From assembly GCA_963667725.2 (NCBI GenBank), contig CAXXHO010000003.1, forward strand, positions 800,001 through 864,000: a stretch of 64,000 bases of DNA, given 5' to 3'. Shown in pieces: positions 10,061-20,598 of this stretch. The position numbers were made by a program, and so were the translations under genes. Each line of letters begins with the position of its first letter. Within the stretch, counting starts at the first letter, position 1. Source of the DNA: Treponemataceae bacterium (GTDB lineage: Bacteria > Spirochaetota > Spirochaetia > Treponematales > Rectinemataceae). Under the pieces are notes generated by a model. That model was given only the letters and a program-made list of their open reading frames with translations. It searched no databases and was not told the DNA's origin.

Positions 10061-11245
10061 ATGGTGATGAAACTTCTGCGTGAATTGGCGGCCGAGGGCC
10101 GGACACTGCGCCATCCCGAGGCGAAGTTTGCTGGCGCCTTCATGGCCCTGGCGGTTATAGGCTTCATCGCGATGTGGTCGGCCTCTTCCGGCTACGGCGT
10201 CAAGATGGAGAGGGGAGCCAGTTACTTCGCGATACGGCAGGCGATTTTCCTCCTCCCCGCCGTTTTCATCTTCATCGCGGCTTCCGTCATTCCTCTGGAC
10301 AAGTTCAGGAACCTGGCGGGATTGTTCGCCATGGCCTCCCTCGTCTCGCTGGTTCTGCCTTTCCTGCCCGGCATCGGCGTCGAGATAAACGGCGGCCGGC
10401 GCTGGATCAATCTCATAGTCACGAATTTCCAGCCTTCCGAACTCTGGAAGCCCATCAGCATTTTCTATGCCGCGCATATTCTCGACAAGAAGAATCAAAC
10501 CATCAGGAACACGGCGGGCGAGGCGATTTTCCCCTTCCTCGTCATCGTCCTCGGCTGCGTCATCGTTTTTCTCCAGGACGATTTTTCCACATCCATGCTG
10601 GCATTGGCGGCTGCCCTCTCCGTATTCTGGTTCGCGAGCACGCCGATGAGATTCTTCCTGGGTACCCTCGTCTTGGCGATACCCGCGGTCTTTCTCATGA
10701 TCACCTCCTCCGAATATCGCCTCACCCGCGTATTGGGTTTCATAATCCCCGACTACGATCCCCATGGAATGAACTATCAGGTGCAGAATTCCATACGCGC
10801 CATAATGTCGGGCGGTCTTTGGGGCAAGGGGCTGGGGCTCGGCACGAGAAAACTCACCTCCATTCCCGAAATACAGTCCGACTTCGTCTTCGCGGCCTTT
10901 GCCGAAGAGATGGGACTCATCGGCGTGGCCGCTGTCTTCGCCTGCTGGATTTTCCTCGTCGTCGCGGTGATCCGCGCAGCCAGGAACATGGAAGGTTTCC
11001 GTTATCTTCTCGCGATGGGTATGCTCTGTCTCCTTTCGATGCAGTTTCTCATCAACCTGGGTGTCGTGTCCGGCTTCCTTCCGGCCACGGGCATCGCGCT
11101 TCCCTTTTTCTCGGCAGGCGGATCTTCCCTCTTTTCCACGGCCTTGGCCGGGGGGTTGATTCTCAACGCGCTCAAGGATACCGGCTTCTCGGCAGTATCC
11201 CCGTCAGGTTCGGCGCAGAATTCTGGAGGAAACGGCAATGGCTGA
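10061..11245 (+). CDS. ftsW: SEDS peptidoglycan polymerase FtsW
   Basis: RRWI, FQPSELWK, PEIQSDF, LPATGIALPFFSAGGSS; dcw position. Confidence 0.93.
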   Translation: MVMKLLRELAAEGRTLRHPEAKFAGAFMALAVIGFIAMWSASSGYGVKMERGASYFAIRQAIFLLPAVFIFIAASVIPLDKFRNLAGLFAMASLVSLVLPFLPGIGVEINGGRRWINLIVTNFQPSELWKPISIFYAAHILDKKNQTIRNTAGEAIFPFLVIVLGCVIVFLQDDFSTSMLALAAALSVFWFASTPMRFFLGTLVLAIPAVFLMITSSEYRLTRVLGFIIPDYDPHGMNYQVQNSIRAIMSGGLWGKGLGLGTRKLTSIPEIQSDFVFAAFAEEMGLIGVAAVFACWIFLVVAVIRAARNMEGFRYLLAMGMLCLLSMQFLINLGVVSGFLPATGIALPFFSAGGSSLFSTALAGGLILNALKDTGFSAVSPSGSAQNSGGNGNG

Positions 11246-12410
11246 ACTCTTGTCCTTAGCGAAGTCGAAAACGGGCGCGACCCGCCAGGCGCCGGCCGCC
11301 CAACAGGCGAGCTTGAAGAGCAAAGGAACGGCTGAAATCGCCAAAAGCCCTAAAAGCCACGAAGGTTTGTCATATCTGGAACGGAGCACGGCTCGCCGGG
11401 AGACGGGACTCGCCGGCGCCTCCGGAACATCGCCTCATCCCGGTTTGAAGAGTTTCGCGCCTTCCCAGCCCAGGAAAGACAGAGGGCAGGAAGTAGTAGA
11501 CCGGAGCGCTCGCGGCTTCCAGACTGAGACCCCCGAACCCACGCGCTCGAAGCAGAAACCGAAGAGGCTCTATGATCAGAAGGCGGCTTCGATAGCCAAA
11601 ACGATCTCCGCCAGGGAACGTCAAGCTGAGAAAAGCAGAGAAGGCCAGCGGAGCGATAACGCCAAGCTGATCGTCGCCTTCATCCTCCTGATCGCGCTGG
11701 GGCTAGGGCTCTACTTTTCCGTTCCGGAAGTCACGAGGGTGAACAAGGTGTCGGTGAACGGGATGCTGAACACCACCGAAAAGGAAATCACCGACGCTCT
11801 CCTTCTTACCGCCGACATCAATCTCGTCAACGCCGACGTGCCCGCCATGGAAGGGCGTATACTCGCCAATCCCAAGATAGCCGCCGTGAATGTTAAGCGC
11901 TCCTTCCCCGATCAGCTCGTCGTCGACCTCGTGGAGAGGCAGGCGGTCGCCTGTGTCCTCGTCAACGAGGAAATCGGCACGAAATCCATTGCCATAGACC
12001 GGGAGGGCATAGCGTTTGCCTATATGGATTCCATCGCCGCCACGACCAAGCTTCCGGTTCTTTCGGGTATTCGCTTCGAGCGTTTCGTGCCCGGACAGAA
12101 GCTTCCGGAATTCCTGCGGCCTCTGCTGCGCGACATCGCCGAGATTTCGAAGGAAAATCCTTCGCCGCTCGAGGCTTTCTCAGAGATCAAGATCGAAAAG
12201 ATTTCCGATTCCGAAGCGGAACTTCTCCTGTTCCCTTCCGGAAAATCGGTTCCTATACGAATGCCTTCCAGACTGACGAGTAAAAATCTCGGATCGGCGC
12301 TGCTGGTCCTGGACATTCTGGCCAGCAGACAGGGCGCGGAGAAGATCGAAGAGATCGATTTCCGCACGGGTACCATCGTATATAGGACAAAGGAGGCACA
12401 AACTGGCTGA
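11238..12410 (+). CDS. ftsQ: Cell division protein FtsQ/DivIB with long N-terminal cytoplasmic extension
   Basis: Single TM near aa 143-160, POTRA-like segment (VKRSFPDQLVVDLVER), C-terminal IDFR; lies between ftsW and ftsA. Confidence 0.85.
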   Translation: MAELLSLAKSKTGATRQAPAAQQASLKSKGTAEIAKSPKSHEGLSYLERSTARRETGLAGASGTSPHPGLKSFAPSQPRKDRGQEVVDRSARGFQTETPEPTRSKQKPKRLYDQKAASIAKTISARERQAEKSREGQRSDNAKLIVAFILLIALGLGLYFSVPEVTRVNKVSVNGMLNTTEKEITDALLLTADINLVNADVPAMEGRILANPKIAAVNVKRSFPDQLVVDLVERQAVACVLVNEEIGTKSIAIDREGIAFAYMDSIAATTKLPVLSGIRFERFVPGQKLPEFLRPLLRDIAEISKENPSPLEAFSEIKIEKISDSEAELLLFPSGKSVPIRMPSRLTSKNLGSALLVLDILASRQGAEKIEEIDFRTGTIVYRTKEAQTG

Positions 12411-13650
12411 CACCTTCATTGTCGGTCTCGATATCGGCACCACTTCAACAAGGGCTGTAGTCGGGGATTTCAACGAAGAGGATCAACTCGAAATCATCGG
12501 CGTGGGCGTCGCTCCGTCGACCGGCCTGCGGAGAGGAGTCGTGCTCAACATAGAGGCGACCCTATCCTCGGTAACCTCGGCCATAGAATCGGCCGAGCTC
12601 ATGTCGGGGCGGGAAATCCATTCCTGCGTTCTGGGCATATCAGGGGCCAACATCGAGAGTCTCAACTCCAAAGGCGTGGTGGCCGTTGCGGGCAAGGGTC
12701 GCGAAATTACCGCCGACGACATAGCGCGGGTGCATGAGGCTGCCCAGGCGGTTTCCATCCCCATGGACAGGGAAATCCTCCATGTGGTGCCCCAGACCTA
12801 TACCGTGGACGCGCAGCGCGGCATCCGCGACCCCCTGCACATGATGGGGGTGCGGCTCGAATCGGAAGTGCACATCATCACGAGTTCGGTGACGACGACC
12901 CAGAATATGGTCAAATGCGTGAATCGCGCCGGATACAAGACCGATCACCGCATTCTCGGCAGCCTGGCCGCCGCGCGATCGGTGCTTTCCGACGACGAGC
13001 GCGATCTCGGCTGTCTCCTGATGGATATCGGCGGCGGAACGACGGATCTCATGGTGTTCCGCGACGGCGAGCCATGGTACACCTCGGCCGTTCCCGCGGG
13101 CGGCATGCAGGTCACCAACGACATTTCGATAATGTTGAGCGTTCTCATGGACTCGGCCGAGCGCCTGAAGCGCGAAGCCGCCTCCTGCTGGCTCGAATCC
13201 ATCGACCCCGACGAGCTCATCGTGGTGCCGGGCATCGGCGGAAGGGAGCCTACGGAGATACCGCGGAGAAAGCTCTGCGCCATCGTCCAGCCTCGCATGG
13301 AAGAAATTTTTCTCATGGCCAAGGAAAAGCTGGACAAGGCAGGTTTCCTCAAGGATATCAAGGCGGGCATCGTCCTCACCGGAGGCTCTGCCCTGATGGC
13401 GGGAACCAAGGAGCTGGCCGAATCCGTGTTCCAGGTGCCCGTGCATCTGGGGACGCCGCCTTCCATTGGCGGCCTGGAAAACGAGTACAGGAATCCCATG
13501 TTCGCGACGGCCGTAGGGCTTGTGCTCATCGAAGCCGACAACCAGCTCGCCATGAATCCTTCGCGCGGGCAATCGGCGGCGCATAAGGAAAAATCCAGGG
13601 CATCCAGTCTGGGGAAAATAGTCACGTGGCTCAAGGATAAATTCATCTGA
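12403..13650 (+). CDS. ftsA: Cell division protein FtsA (probable CTG start)
   Basis: In-frame extension upstream of the ORF-track start gives ADTFIVGLDIGTT; also DIGGGTTD, LTGGS; AGGAGG 6 nt before CTG 12403. Confidence 0.93.
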   Translation: MADTFIVGLDIGTTSTRAVVGDFNEEDQLEIIGVGVAPSTGLRRGVVLNIEATLSSVTSAIESAELMSGREIHSCVLGISGANIESLNSKGVVAVAGKGREITADDIARVHEAAQAVSIPMDREILHVVPQTYTVDAQRGIRDPLHMMGVRLESEVHIITSSVTTTQNMVKCVNRAGYKTDHRILGSLAAARSVLSDDERDLGCLLMDIGGGTTDLMVFRDGEPWYTSAVPAGGMQVTNDISIMLSVLMDSAERLKREAASCWLESIDPDELIVVPGIGGREPTEIPRRKLCAIVQPRMEEIFLMAKEKLDKAGFLKDIKAGIVLTGGSALMAGTKELAESVFQVPVHLGTPPSIGGLENEYRNPMFATAVGLVLIEADNQLAMNPSRGQSAAHKEKSRASSLGKIVTWLKDKFI

Positions 13651-13665
13651 TCAATGGAGGGAAAA

Positions 13666-14877
13666 ATGGCTATAGAAATTATCGATGACGACAGTTCGGT
13701 CAATCCGACCGTGATTAAAGTAATTGGCTCGGGCGGCGGCGGCTCCAACGCGGTGAACAGAATGATAGCGGGCGGGCTCAAGAACGTGCAGTTCATTTCT
13801 GTGAACACCGACCTCCAGGATCTGGGCCGCTCCAAGGCCGAGATCAAGCTCGGCATCGGGACGAAGCTCACGAAAGGCCTCGGCGCCGGCGGAAAACCCG
13901 AGATCGGCGAAAAGGCTGCCATGGAAGACAGGGAGATGATCGAGCAGGCTCTGCGCGGCTCCGACATGGTCTTCGTCACCTCGGGCCTGGGTGGCGGCAC
14001 CGGCACCGGCTCGGCCCCCATCATCGCCCAGACGGCGAGGGACATGGGCGCCCTGACCGTGGCCGTCGTGACGAAACCCTTCGCTTTCGAGGGCAAGGTC
14101 GTCGGCCGCATCGCCGAAGAAGGCCTCGAGAAACTTCGCCAGGCCGTCGACACGGTCATCGTCATACCCAACCAGAACCTTCTGAAGGTCGTGGACAAGC
14201 GAACGCCCATCAAGCAGGCCTTCCTCCTGGCCGACGAAGTGCTGAGGCAGGGCGTGCAGGGCATCTCCGATCTCATCACCCTGGCCGGCGACATCAACAT
14301 CGACTTCGCCGACGTCCGCACCGTTATGCAGGGACAAGGCGACGCCATCATGGGCATAGGAATCGGCACGGGCGAGAATCGCGCCACCGACGCGGCCAGC
14401 AAGGCTGTGAACAACCCCCTTCTCGAGGACGCCAGGATCGAGGGAGCCAGGAACGTGCTCGTCAACGTCACCGGCGGCGAGGATTTCTCCCTCGTCGAAT
14501 ACCAGGAAATCGTCGACTTCATCACGGAAAAGGCAGCCGAAGAGGCTCATATCATCGCCGGTTTCGTCACCGATCCCATGATCGACGACGAGGTCAGGGT
14601 GACGGTCATCGCCACGGGATTCGGACCGCGGCGCGCCGATCCCAAGGAAATCGAGGCCCAGAAGGCCATCCTGAGAGCCAGGACGGAAATCCGCAAACCC
14701 TCCAGCGACTACGTTTCACCCGAGGATTATGTCCTCATGACCCAGACCATCCAGAGTTCCGGTAAGGGCTTCGGCTTCGAGAACGCCGCCGACGGCGACG
14801 AACTCGACATTCCCACCATCCTGCGCGACAAGAAATTCGGCGCGGAAAAAGCCGAGAGAATGGGAGTGAGAGCGTGA
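13666..14877 (+). CDS. ftsZ: Cell division protein FtsZ
   Basis: [17 protein letters not shown] tubulin signature, INIDFADV, C-terminal LDIPTILR. Confidence 0.98.
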   Translation: MAIEIIDDDSSVNPTVIKVIGSGGGGSNAVNRMIAGGLKNVQFISVNTDLQDLGRSKAEIKLGIGTKLTKGLGAGGKPEIGEKAAMEDREMIEQALRGSDMVFVTSGLGGGTGTGSAPIIAQTARDMGALTVAVVTKPFAFEGKVVGRIAEEGLEKLRQAVDTVIVIPNQNLLKVVDKRTPIKQAFLLADEVLRQGVQGISDLITLAGDINIDFADVRTVMQGQGDAIMGIGIGTGENRATDAASKAVNNPLLEDARIEGARNVLVNVTGGEDFSLVEYQEIVDFITEKAAEEAHIIAGFVTDPMIDDEVRVTVIATGFGPRRADPKEIEAQKAILRARTEIRKPSSDYVSPEDYVLMTQTIQSSGKGFGFENAADGDELDIPTILRDKKFGAEKAERMGVRA

Positions 14878-15752
14878 CCCAGCTGGGGGCTCGTTTCAGG
14901 GCTCATCTTCTGCTCGTACGCAAGCGCTCGGCGCTCACCGCCGAAGCCTACCTCCGGGAACTGGACAATCTGGAGGCATATCTTGCGGGGCAGGGGAAGG
15001 AGCCTTTGACGGCCACCGGCGAGGATCTGCTCTGCTTCCTGGTATGGAGGCATGAAAAAGGGCTCTCAAGGACGACCATGGCCAGGATCGTGGCCAGCGT
15101 CCACTCGATCTACAAGTTCATGAAGCTCGAGGGGCTTCGCGGCGACGATCCCTCGCTGCTCATTAGGACGCCGAGACAGGAACGAGTCCTGCCCGACGTT
15201 CTCCAGCCCGAGGAAGTGGACAAATTCCTCGCGAGCATCGATCTTTCGACGCCCAACGGCATCAGGGACAGGGCTCTTTTCGAGCTCATCTATTCCTGCG
15301 GGTTGAGGATTTCAGAGGCTTCGAACCTGTCTTTCGACAGGCTCTTCCTGAAGGAAAGGCTCCTGCGCGTCCTCGGGAAAAGGAAGAAGGAGAGGATAGT
15401 GCCCTTCGGCGACGAGGCTCATTACTGGCTGGAAAAATATATAAAAGAAGCCAGGCCTCATCTGGAGAAGCGAAAGAAATCCAACCTCGTTTTCCTCAAT
15501 CAGGAGGGCGAAGGCATATCGAGAAAAGGCATCTGGAAAAGGTTTTCGGGGATCAGGGCAGTCTCGGGCGTCTCGGCGAAGGTCCACACCTTCAGGCACA
15601 GCTTCGCGACTCACCTTCTGGCCGGCGGCGCCGACCTGAGAACGGTGCAGGAGCTTCTGGGCCACTCAGACATTTCCACGACCCAGATTTATACGCATAT
15701 CGAGGAGGAAGCGCTTCAGGGCTATCACAAGGAGTATTTTCCAAGAAACTGA
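14874..15752 (+). CDS. xerD: Tyrosine recombinase XerD-like
   Basis: [44 protein letters not shown]; XerC versus XerD assignment is by resemblance only. Confidence 0.8.
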   Translation: MTQLGARFRAHLLLVRKRSALTAEAYLRELDNLEAYLAGQGKEPLTATGEDLLCFLVWRHEKGLSRTTMARIVASVHSIYKFMKLEGLRGDDPSLLIRTPRQERVLPDVLQPEEVDKFLASIDLSTPNGIRDRALFELIYSCGLRISEASNLSFDRLFLKERLLRVLGKRKKERIVPFGDEAHYWLEKYIKEARPHLEKRKKSNLVFLNQEGEGISRKGIWKRFSGIRAVSGVSAKVHTFRHSFATHLLAGGADLRTVQELLGHSDISTTQIYTHIEEEALQGYHKEYFPRN

Positions 15753-15790
15753 GAGGCGGATGGAAGCGTGAATGCCATCGGGCGGCGTTT

Positions 15791-16816
15791 ATGGATAGGA
15801 GGATGAGGATGAAAAGGGCAAACCTGGGATATCCGCAGAGACTCTCCCTATTCCACGCGATGTTCGATGACGAAGTGGAGGGAATGCTGGGCACGGACAT
15901 CATGGATCCGCTCCTCGCGCTCGCCGTCGCTAGAATGGATTTCCTGAGGAGTCATGAAAAGCTCCTGGTGGCCGCCGCCGCGGGTTCGCGCGAGGGACTG
16001 TTGTCGATGAGGGCGGGCGATGTCCAGTCCATCGCCATGCGATCGCTGAAGCTTGAATGCTGGAAGCCTGTTTTGTTTTGGGAAAAGGCGCTGAGGGACA
16101 GGGATTTTTTCGCGCCGAGGGGCATCCGTTTCGTGGCTATCGGCGATTCCGCCTATCCGCCCCAGCTGAGGGAAGTCTACAGGCCGCCTTTCGGCCTTTA
16201 TCTGAGGGGAAGACTTCCCGATCCGGAAATCCCCGCGGTGGGAATCGTGGGAACGAGAGTACCGACGGGGAATGGGCTGCATGCAGCCTATGGGCTCGCG
16301 GCGGATTTATCGGCGAATGGGGTCTGCGTGGTATCCGGTCTGGCGAGAGGGATCGACGCCGCGGCCCATCGCGGTGCGCTGAAGGGTCGCGGAAAAACGG
16401 TCGCGGTGCTTCCGGGCGGCATCGAGGCGATCTATCCGGCTTCGAACAAGGCGCTGGCCTCGGCCATCCTGGATTCGGGCGGGGGCATCGTCACGGAATA
16501 TCCTCCCGGCACGGAGATACAGCGCTACCGCTTCCCCGAGCGGAACAGGATCATCGCGGGAATGTCGCGGTCTTGCGTCGTCGTGGAGGCGCCGGGAAAT
16601 TCGGGCGCCCTGATCACCGCAGACCATGCGTTGACCGAGGGACGCGACGTATTCGTGCACGGCGCCTGCGTGGGCGGCACGCGCAACGCCGGCGGGGACG
16701 CTTTGGCTTCCCAAGGCGCCGTAATTGTGAATAATGCTGAAGACGTTTTTCTGGAATGGTCGGCGAGCGGACGCGGATTGACGGCGCGGCGACAACACGA
16801 GCGTGTAGGAGACTGA
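15791..16816 (+). CDS. dprA: DNA processing protein DprA/Smf (start uncertain, 15791-15902)
   Basis: YPPQL, IVGTR, VSGLARGIDAAAH, FPERNRIIAGMS, SGALITA. Confidence 0.93.
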   Translation: MDRRMRMKRANLGYPQRLSLFHAMFDDEVEGMLGTDIMDPLLALAVARMDFLRSHEKLLVAAAAGSREGLLSMRAGDVQSIAMRSLKLECWKPVLFWEKALRDRDFFAPRGIRFVAIGDSAYPPQLREVYRPPFGLYLRGRLPDPEIPAVGIVGTRVPTGNGLHAAYGLAADLSANGVCVVSGLARGIDAAAHRGALKGRGKTVAVLPGGIEAIYPASNKALASAILDSGGGIVTEYPPGTEIQRYRFPERNRIIAGMSRSCVVVEAPGNSGALITADHALTEGRDVFVHGACVGGTRNAGGDALASQGAVIVNNAEDVFLEWSASGRGLTARRQHERVGD

Positions 16817-16821
16817 AAATT

Positions 16822-19077
16822 ATGGTAAAAATGACGAAAGATACAAACCTTACCGATCAGAAGCCCATGGCGGAGCTGTCATCGACGGAAGCATCGACCA
16901 GGAAAAAGCCGGCGCCCAAGAAGACCGCCACCAAAAAGGCCAAGCCCAAGAAGTCCGCCGCGGCCAAGGGGACGAAAAAGGCCGAGAAAGGCAAGACCCT
17001 CATCATCGTGGAATCCCCCGCCAAGGCCAAGACCATCGAAAAATATCTGGGATCGAGGTACAAGGTGCTTGCCTCCATGGGACACCTCATCGATCTCCCT
17101 AAATCGCGCATCGGCGTCGACGTGGACAATAATTTCGAACCCGAATACCTGACCATCAGGGGAAGGGCGGATGTGCTCAAGAGCCTCGTCAAGGAAGCCA
17201 AGAAATCCGAAGCCGTCATGCTGGCATCGGACCCTGACCGCGAAGGGGAGGCCATCGCCTACCAGATCGGCAAGTATATTGGGGAAAAGGAACCGGGGCT
17301 CAGGATCAAGAGGATCACCTTCAATGAAATTACGCAGAATGCCATCAAGGAAGCGGTGGACGCCCCCAGGGAAATAGACCTTACCAAGGTGGACGCGCAG
17401 AAGGCTCGTCGCGTCCTCGACAGGCTCGTCGGCTACAACCTCTCCCCCCTGCTCTGGAAAAAGGTGAAGAACGGCCTTTCGGCCGGCCGCGTCCAGTCGG
17501 CGACGCTCAAGCTCATATGCGACAGGGAAAAGGAAGTCGAATCCTTCATCCCCGAGGAGTATTGGACGATAGAGGCGGGTCTCAAGGCGCATCGTTCGAC
17601 TCTCAAGGCCGACCTCGTCCTTTACAAGAACGAGAGGCTCCAGGTCTCGAAAGAGGAAGAAGCCAAGGCGATCGTCGGCGCTCTCGAGGGCAAGCCCGCC
17701 GTCGTGAGCGATATAAGGAATACCGAAAAAGTCATAAAGCCCAAGGCGCCCTTTACGACCTCCACACTGCAGCAGACGGCCGCCAACCGCCTCGGCTTCA
17801 CTAGCAAGAAGACAATGCAGATAGCCCAGAAGCTCTACGAAGGCATAAGCATGGGAGCCCAGCGCACCGGCCTTATCTCCTACATGAGAACCGACTCCAC
17901 GCGCATTTCAGAATACGCCCTCGCCGAGGCCAGGCGCTGGATCGCGGAATTCCATCCCGGCCAGCTGCCACCCCAGGCTCAGCATTACAGCGCCGGAAAA
18001 CAGTCGCAGGACGCCCATGAGGCCATCAGGCCGACGAGGGTCGATCTCGCCCCCGACGATATCGCGCGCTTCCTCCAGCGCGACGAGCTCAGGCTCTATG
18101 CGCTTATATGGGAACGCTTCGTGGCTTCCCAGATGATCCCCGCCGTGATGAACATCACCACGGCGGACATCGCCATCGGCGAAGGACTTTTCAGGGTCTC
18201 GGCTTCCTCTTATATCGAAGAAGGCTTCTACAAGGTGATCAAGCTCGCCGCTTCCAAGGAAGAAAAGGCGAGTCACAGCCTTGCCCTCGAAGTCGGCCAG
18301 GCCCTGCCCGTCGAGAAGATCCACGCCACCCAGCATTTCACCCAGGGGCCGGCGCGCTACAACGACGCCTCCATAATCAAGGCGCTCGAGGAACTGGGCA
18401 TAGGCAGGCCTTCCACCTACGCCCCCACGATCAGCACCCTTCTTGAGCGCTATTACGTGTCCCGCCAGACGAAACAGCTGGCCCCGACCCTGCTCGGCAA
18501 GATGATAACGGAGATCCTCTCCGAATATTTCCCCGACGTCATAGGCACGGGATTCACCTCGAGCATGGAAAGACTTCTCGACCAGGTGGAAGAGGAAAAA
18601 GTCGACTGGGTCGCCGTGATGAAGGATTTCTATTTTCCGTTCAAGAAGAGGCTCGACGAGGTCATGTCCACGCTCACGAGCAAGAAAGGACAGCTGGATG
18701 AGGCGACGGACATCGTCTGCGAACTCTGCGGGAAACCCATGGTGAAGAAGCTGGGGCGTTTCGGCTTTTTCCTGGCCTGCTCCGGATTCCCCGCCTGCAA
18801 GAACACGAAGTCAATTCCCCTCGCGAAATGCCCGAAATGCGGCGGTGACATCGTCGAGCGGAAAAACCTGAAGGGCAAGCGGAAGACCTTCTACGGCTGC
18901 ACCAATTATCCCACCTGCGATTTCGTGTCCTATGACAAGCCTACCGACAAGCTCTGCCCCAAATGCGGCTGGTTCCTGGTCGAAAAGACCGACAAAGTAT
19001 CGGGCGTCCACAAGGGCTGCATCAATCCCTCGTGCGACTATCTTCATGCCAAAGACGAAGAGCGCCCGGAGGAATGA
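16822..19077 (+). CDS. topA: DNA topoisomerase I with C-terminal Zn ribbons and an N-terminal Lys/Ala-rich tail
   Basis: LIIVESPAKAKTI, DPDREGE, SAGRVQS, ISYMRTDS, GIGRPSTYA, C4 zinc fingers. Confidence 0.97.
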   Translation: MVKMTKDTNLTDQKPMAELSSTEASTRKKPAPKKTATKKAKPKKSAAAKGTKKAEKGKTLIIVESPAKAKTIEKYLGSRYKVLASMGHLIDLPKSRIGVDVDNNFEPEYLTIRGRADVLKSLVKEAKKSEAVMLASDPDREGEAIAYQIGKYIGEKEPGLRIKRITFNEITQNAIKEAVDAPREIDLTKVDAQKARRVLDRLVGYNLSPLLWKKVKNGLSAGRVQSATLKLICDREKEVESFIPEEYWTIEAGLKAHRSTLKADLVLYKNERLQVSKEEEAKAIVGALEGKPAVVSDIRNTEKVIKPKAPFTTSTLQQTAANRLGFTSKKTMQIAQKLYEGISMGAQRTGLISYMRTDSTRISEYALAEARRWIAEFHPGQLPPQAQHYSAGKQSQDAHEAIRPTRVDLAPDDIARFLQRDELRLYALIWERFVASQMIPAVMNITTADIAIGEGLFRVSASSYIEEGFYKVIKLAASKEEKASHSLALEVGQALPVEKIHATQHFTQGPARYNDASIIKALEELGIGRPSTYAPTISTLLERYYVSRQTKQLAPTLLGKMITEILSEYFPDVIGTGFTSSMERLLDQVEEEKVDWVAVMKDFYFPFKKRLDEVMSTLTSKKGQLDEATDIVCELCGKPMVKKLGRFGFFLACSGFPACKNTKSIPLAKCPKCGGDIVERKNLKGKRKTFYGCTNYPTCDFVSYDKPTDKLCPKCGWFLVEKTDKVSGVHKGCINPSCDYLHAKDEERPEE

Positions 19078-19080
19078 TCG

Positions 19081-19977
19081 ATGGATAAAAGGATCGAAGA
19101 CTACCTTTCCTATCTCGAATCCGTGCGCGGCCTTTCCGAGCGGACCCTGCGCGTCTATGGAGACGACCTGGGACGGTACGAAAGCTTTCTCTCCGGCGCC
19201 GATATCGACGCGGCGGTGGCGCATGACATCCGATCCTTCGCGGGTACCCTGGTGATGGAAGGCAAGGCCGCCTCGAGCGTCAACCGCGCGCTTTCGACCA
19301 TCAGGGGTTTCTATCGATACAGAATGCGTTTCGGCGGCCTGACGAGCGATCCCGGGCGAGAAGTGGAGAACCTTTCGGCGACGAGACCTTTACCTAAGTT
19401 CATGTTCGAGGACGAGATGGCTCAGCTCATCGAATCCATCGACGGAACGGGCTTCGCGGAAACCCGCGACAGGGCTCTTTTCGAAGTCCTGTACAGTACG
19501 GGATGCCGGGCCTCGGAAATAGCGGGCATGACGATCGAGAAGATCGATTTTCCGAGAGGAATCATACGCGTCCTGGGCAAAGGTTCCAAGGAGAGGGTCG
19601 TCTTCCTCGGCAGGATGGCGTCGACAGCCCTCGCCAACTACCTTGTCACGCGCGCCATGCGCCTGACGAAACTGCGCGTATCGGATCACCGGCGCGCCTT
19701 CGTCAACGCCAAGGGCGGCCCCCTCACGGTGCGGGGCATCGAGAAAATTGTGGAAAAACGGCGCGCGGCCTCGAACATGAAGAAGATCGTTTCGCCGCAC
19801 GCTTTCAGGCACAGCTTCGCGACCCAGCTCGTCGCGGCTGGCGCCGACATCAGGGTTGTCCAGGAGATGCTGGGACATTCGAGCATATCGACGACGCAGG
19901 TCTACACCCACGTCGATATGGAGCATCTGCGCAAGGTCTACGAGCTCGCGCATCCGCATGGAACGAAGGAGCGATAG
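19081..19977 (+). CDS. xerC: Tyrosine recombinase XerC-like
   Basis: RDRALFEVLYSTGCRASE, GKGSKER, PHAFRHSFAT, LGHSSISTTQVYTH, HPH end; lies before hslVU. Confidence 0.82.
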   Translation: MDKRIEDYLSYLESVRGLSERTLRVYGDDLGRYESFLSGADIDAAVAHDIRSFAGTLVMEGKAASSVNRALSTIRGFYRYRMRFGGLTSDPGREVENLSATRPLPKFMFEDEMAQLIESIDGTGFAETRDRALFEVLYSTGCRASEIAGMTIEKIDFPRGIIRVLGKGSKERVVFLGRMASTALANYLVTRAMRLTKLRVSDHRRAFVNAKGGPLTVRGIEKIVEKRRAASNMKKIVSPHAFRHSFATQLVAAGADIRVVQEMLGHSSISTTQVYTHVDMEHLRKVYELAHPHGTKER

Positions 19978-20598
19978 ATGTCCGACAGCGACAGAAAGAA
20001 ATTCCGTTCGACGACGGTGCTCGTCGTGAGAAAGAATGGCCATGTCGCCATGGCAGGCGACGGTCAGGTCACCCTGGGCGAGACGGTCATGAAGAGCAAC
20101 GCCCGCAAAGTGCGCACGATCTACGGAGGGAAAGTCCTCTGCGGCTTCGCCGGCGCCACCGCCGACGCCTTCGCCCTCCTCGAACATTTTGAGGTGAAGA
20201 TTCAGGAATACGGCGGCGACCTCACGAGGGCGGCCGTGGAATTGGCCAAGGACTGGAGGACAGACAGGATCCTCCGCAAGCTTGAAGCCATGCTCCTCGT
20301 GGCCGACGCCAAGAAATCCCTCCTCCTCTCGGGAACGGGCGATGTGGTGGACCCGGCAGAGGACGCCGTGGCCATCGGATCGGGCGGCCCCTACGCCTAC
20401 GCGGCGGCTATGGCTTACCTGGAAGCGTCGAAGAGCTTTGAGGAAAAACTGGCGGGCGTCCAGCTTCCCGCGGGCGATCCCTCCGAGACGCCCCTCCACG
20501 CCTTCATGGGCGCGGCGGATATCGCGCGCAGGAGTCTCCAGATCGCTTCGGGCATCTGCATCTACACGAACGACAAGATCATGGTGGAGGAAATATGA
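19978..20598 (+). CDS. hslV: ATP-dependent protease peptidase subunit HslV
   Basis: [37 protein letters not shown]. Confidence 0.96.
   Translation: MSDSDRKKFRSTTVLVVRKNGHVAMAGDGQVTLGETVMKSNARKVRTIYGGKVLCGFAGATADAFALLEHFEVKIQEYGGDLTRAAVELAKDWRTDRILRKLEAMLLVADAKKSLLLSGTGDVVDPAEDAVAIGSGGPYAYAAAMAYLEASKSFEEKLAGVQLPAGDPSETPLHAFMGAADIARRSLQIASGICIYTNDKIMVEEI

Noticed and set aside
12945..14525. Long antisense ORFs (also 7333-8778, 9359-10765, 20562-21821, 27271-28584, 57500-58633)
   Set aside because: These are shadow ORFs opposite well-supported genes, expected with high-GC codon bias, and carry no recognisable motifs.
14874..19977. Two tyrosine recombinases flanking dprA-topA as a possible integrative element
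   Set aside because: They match housekeeping XerD/XerC in a conserved spirochaete context. The short identical DNA stretches between them fall on catalytic motifs, and no att sites or cargo genes are visible.
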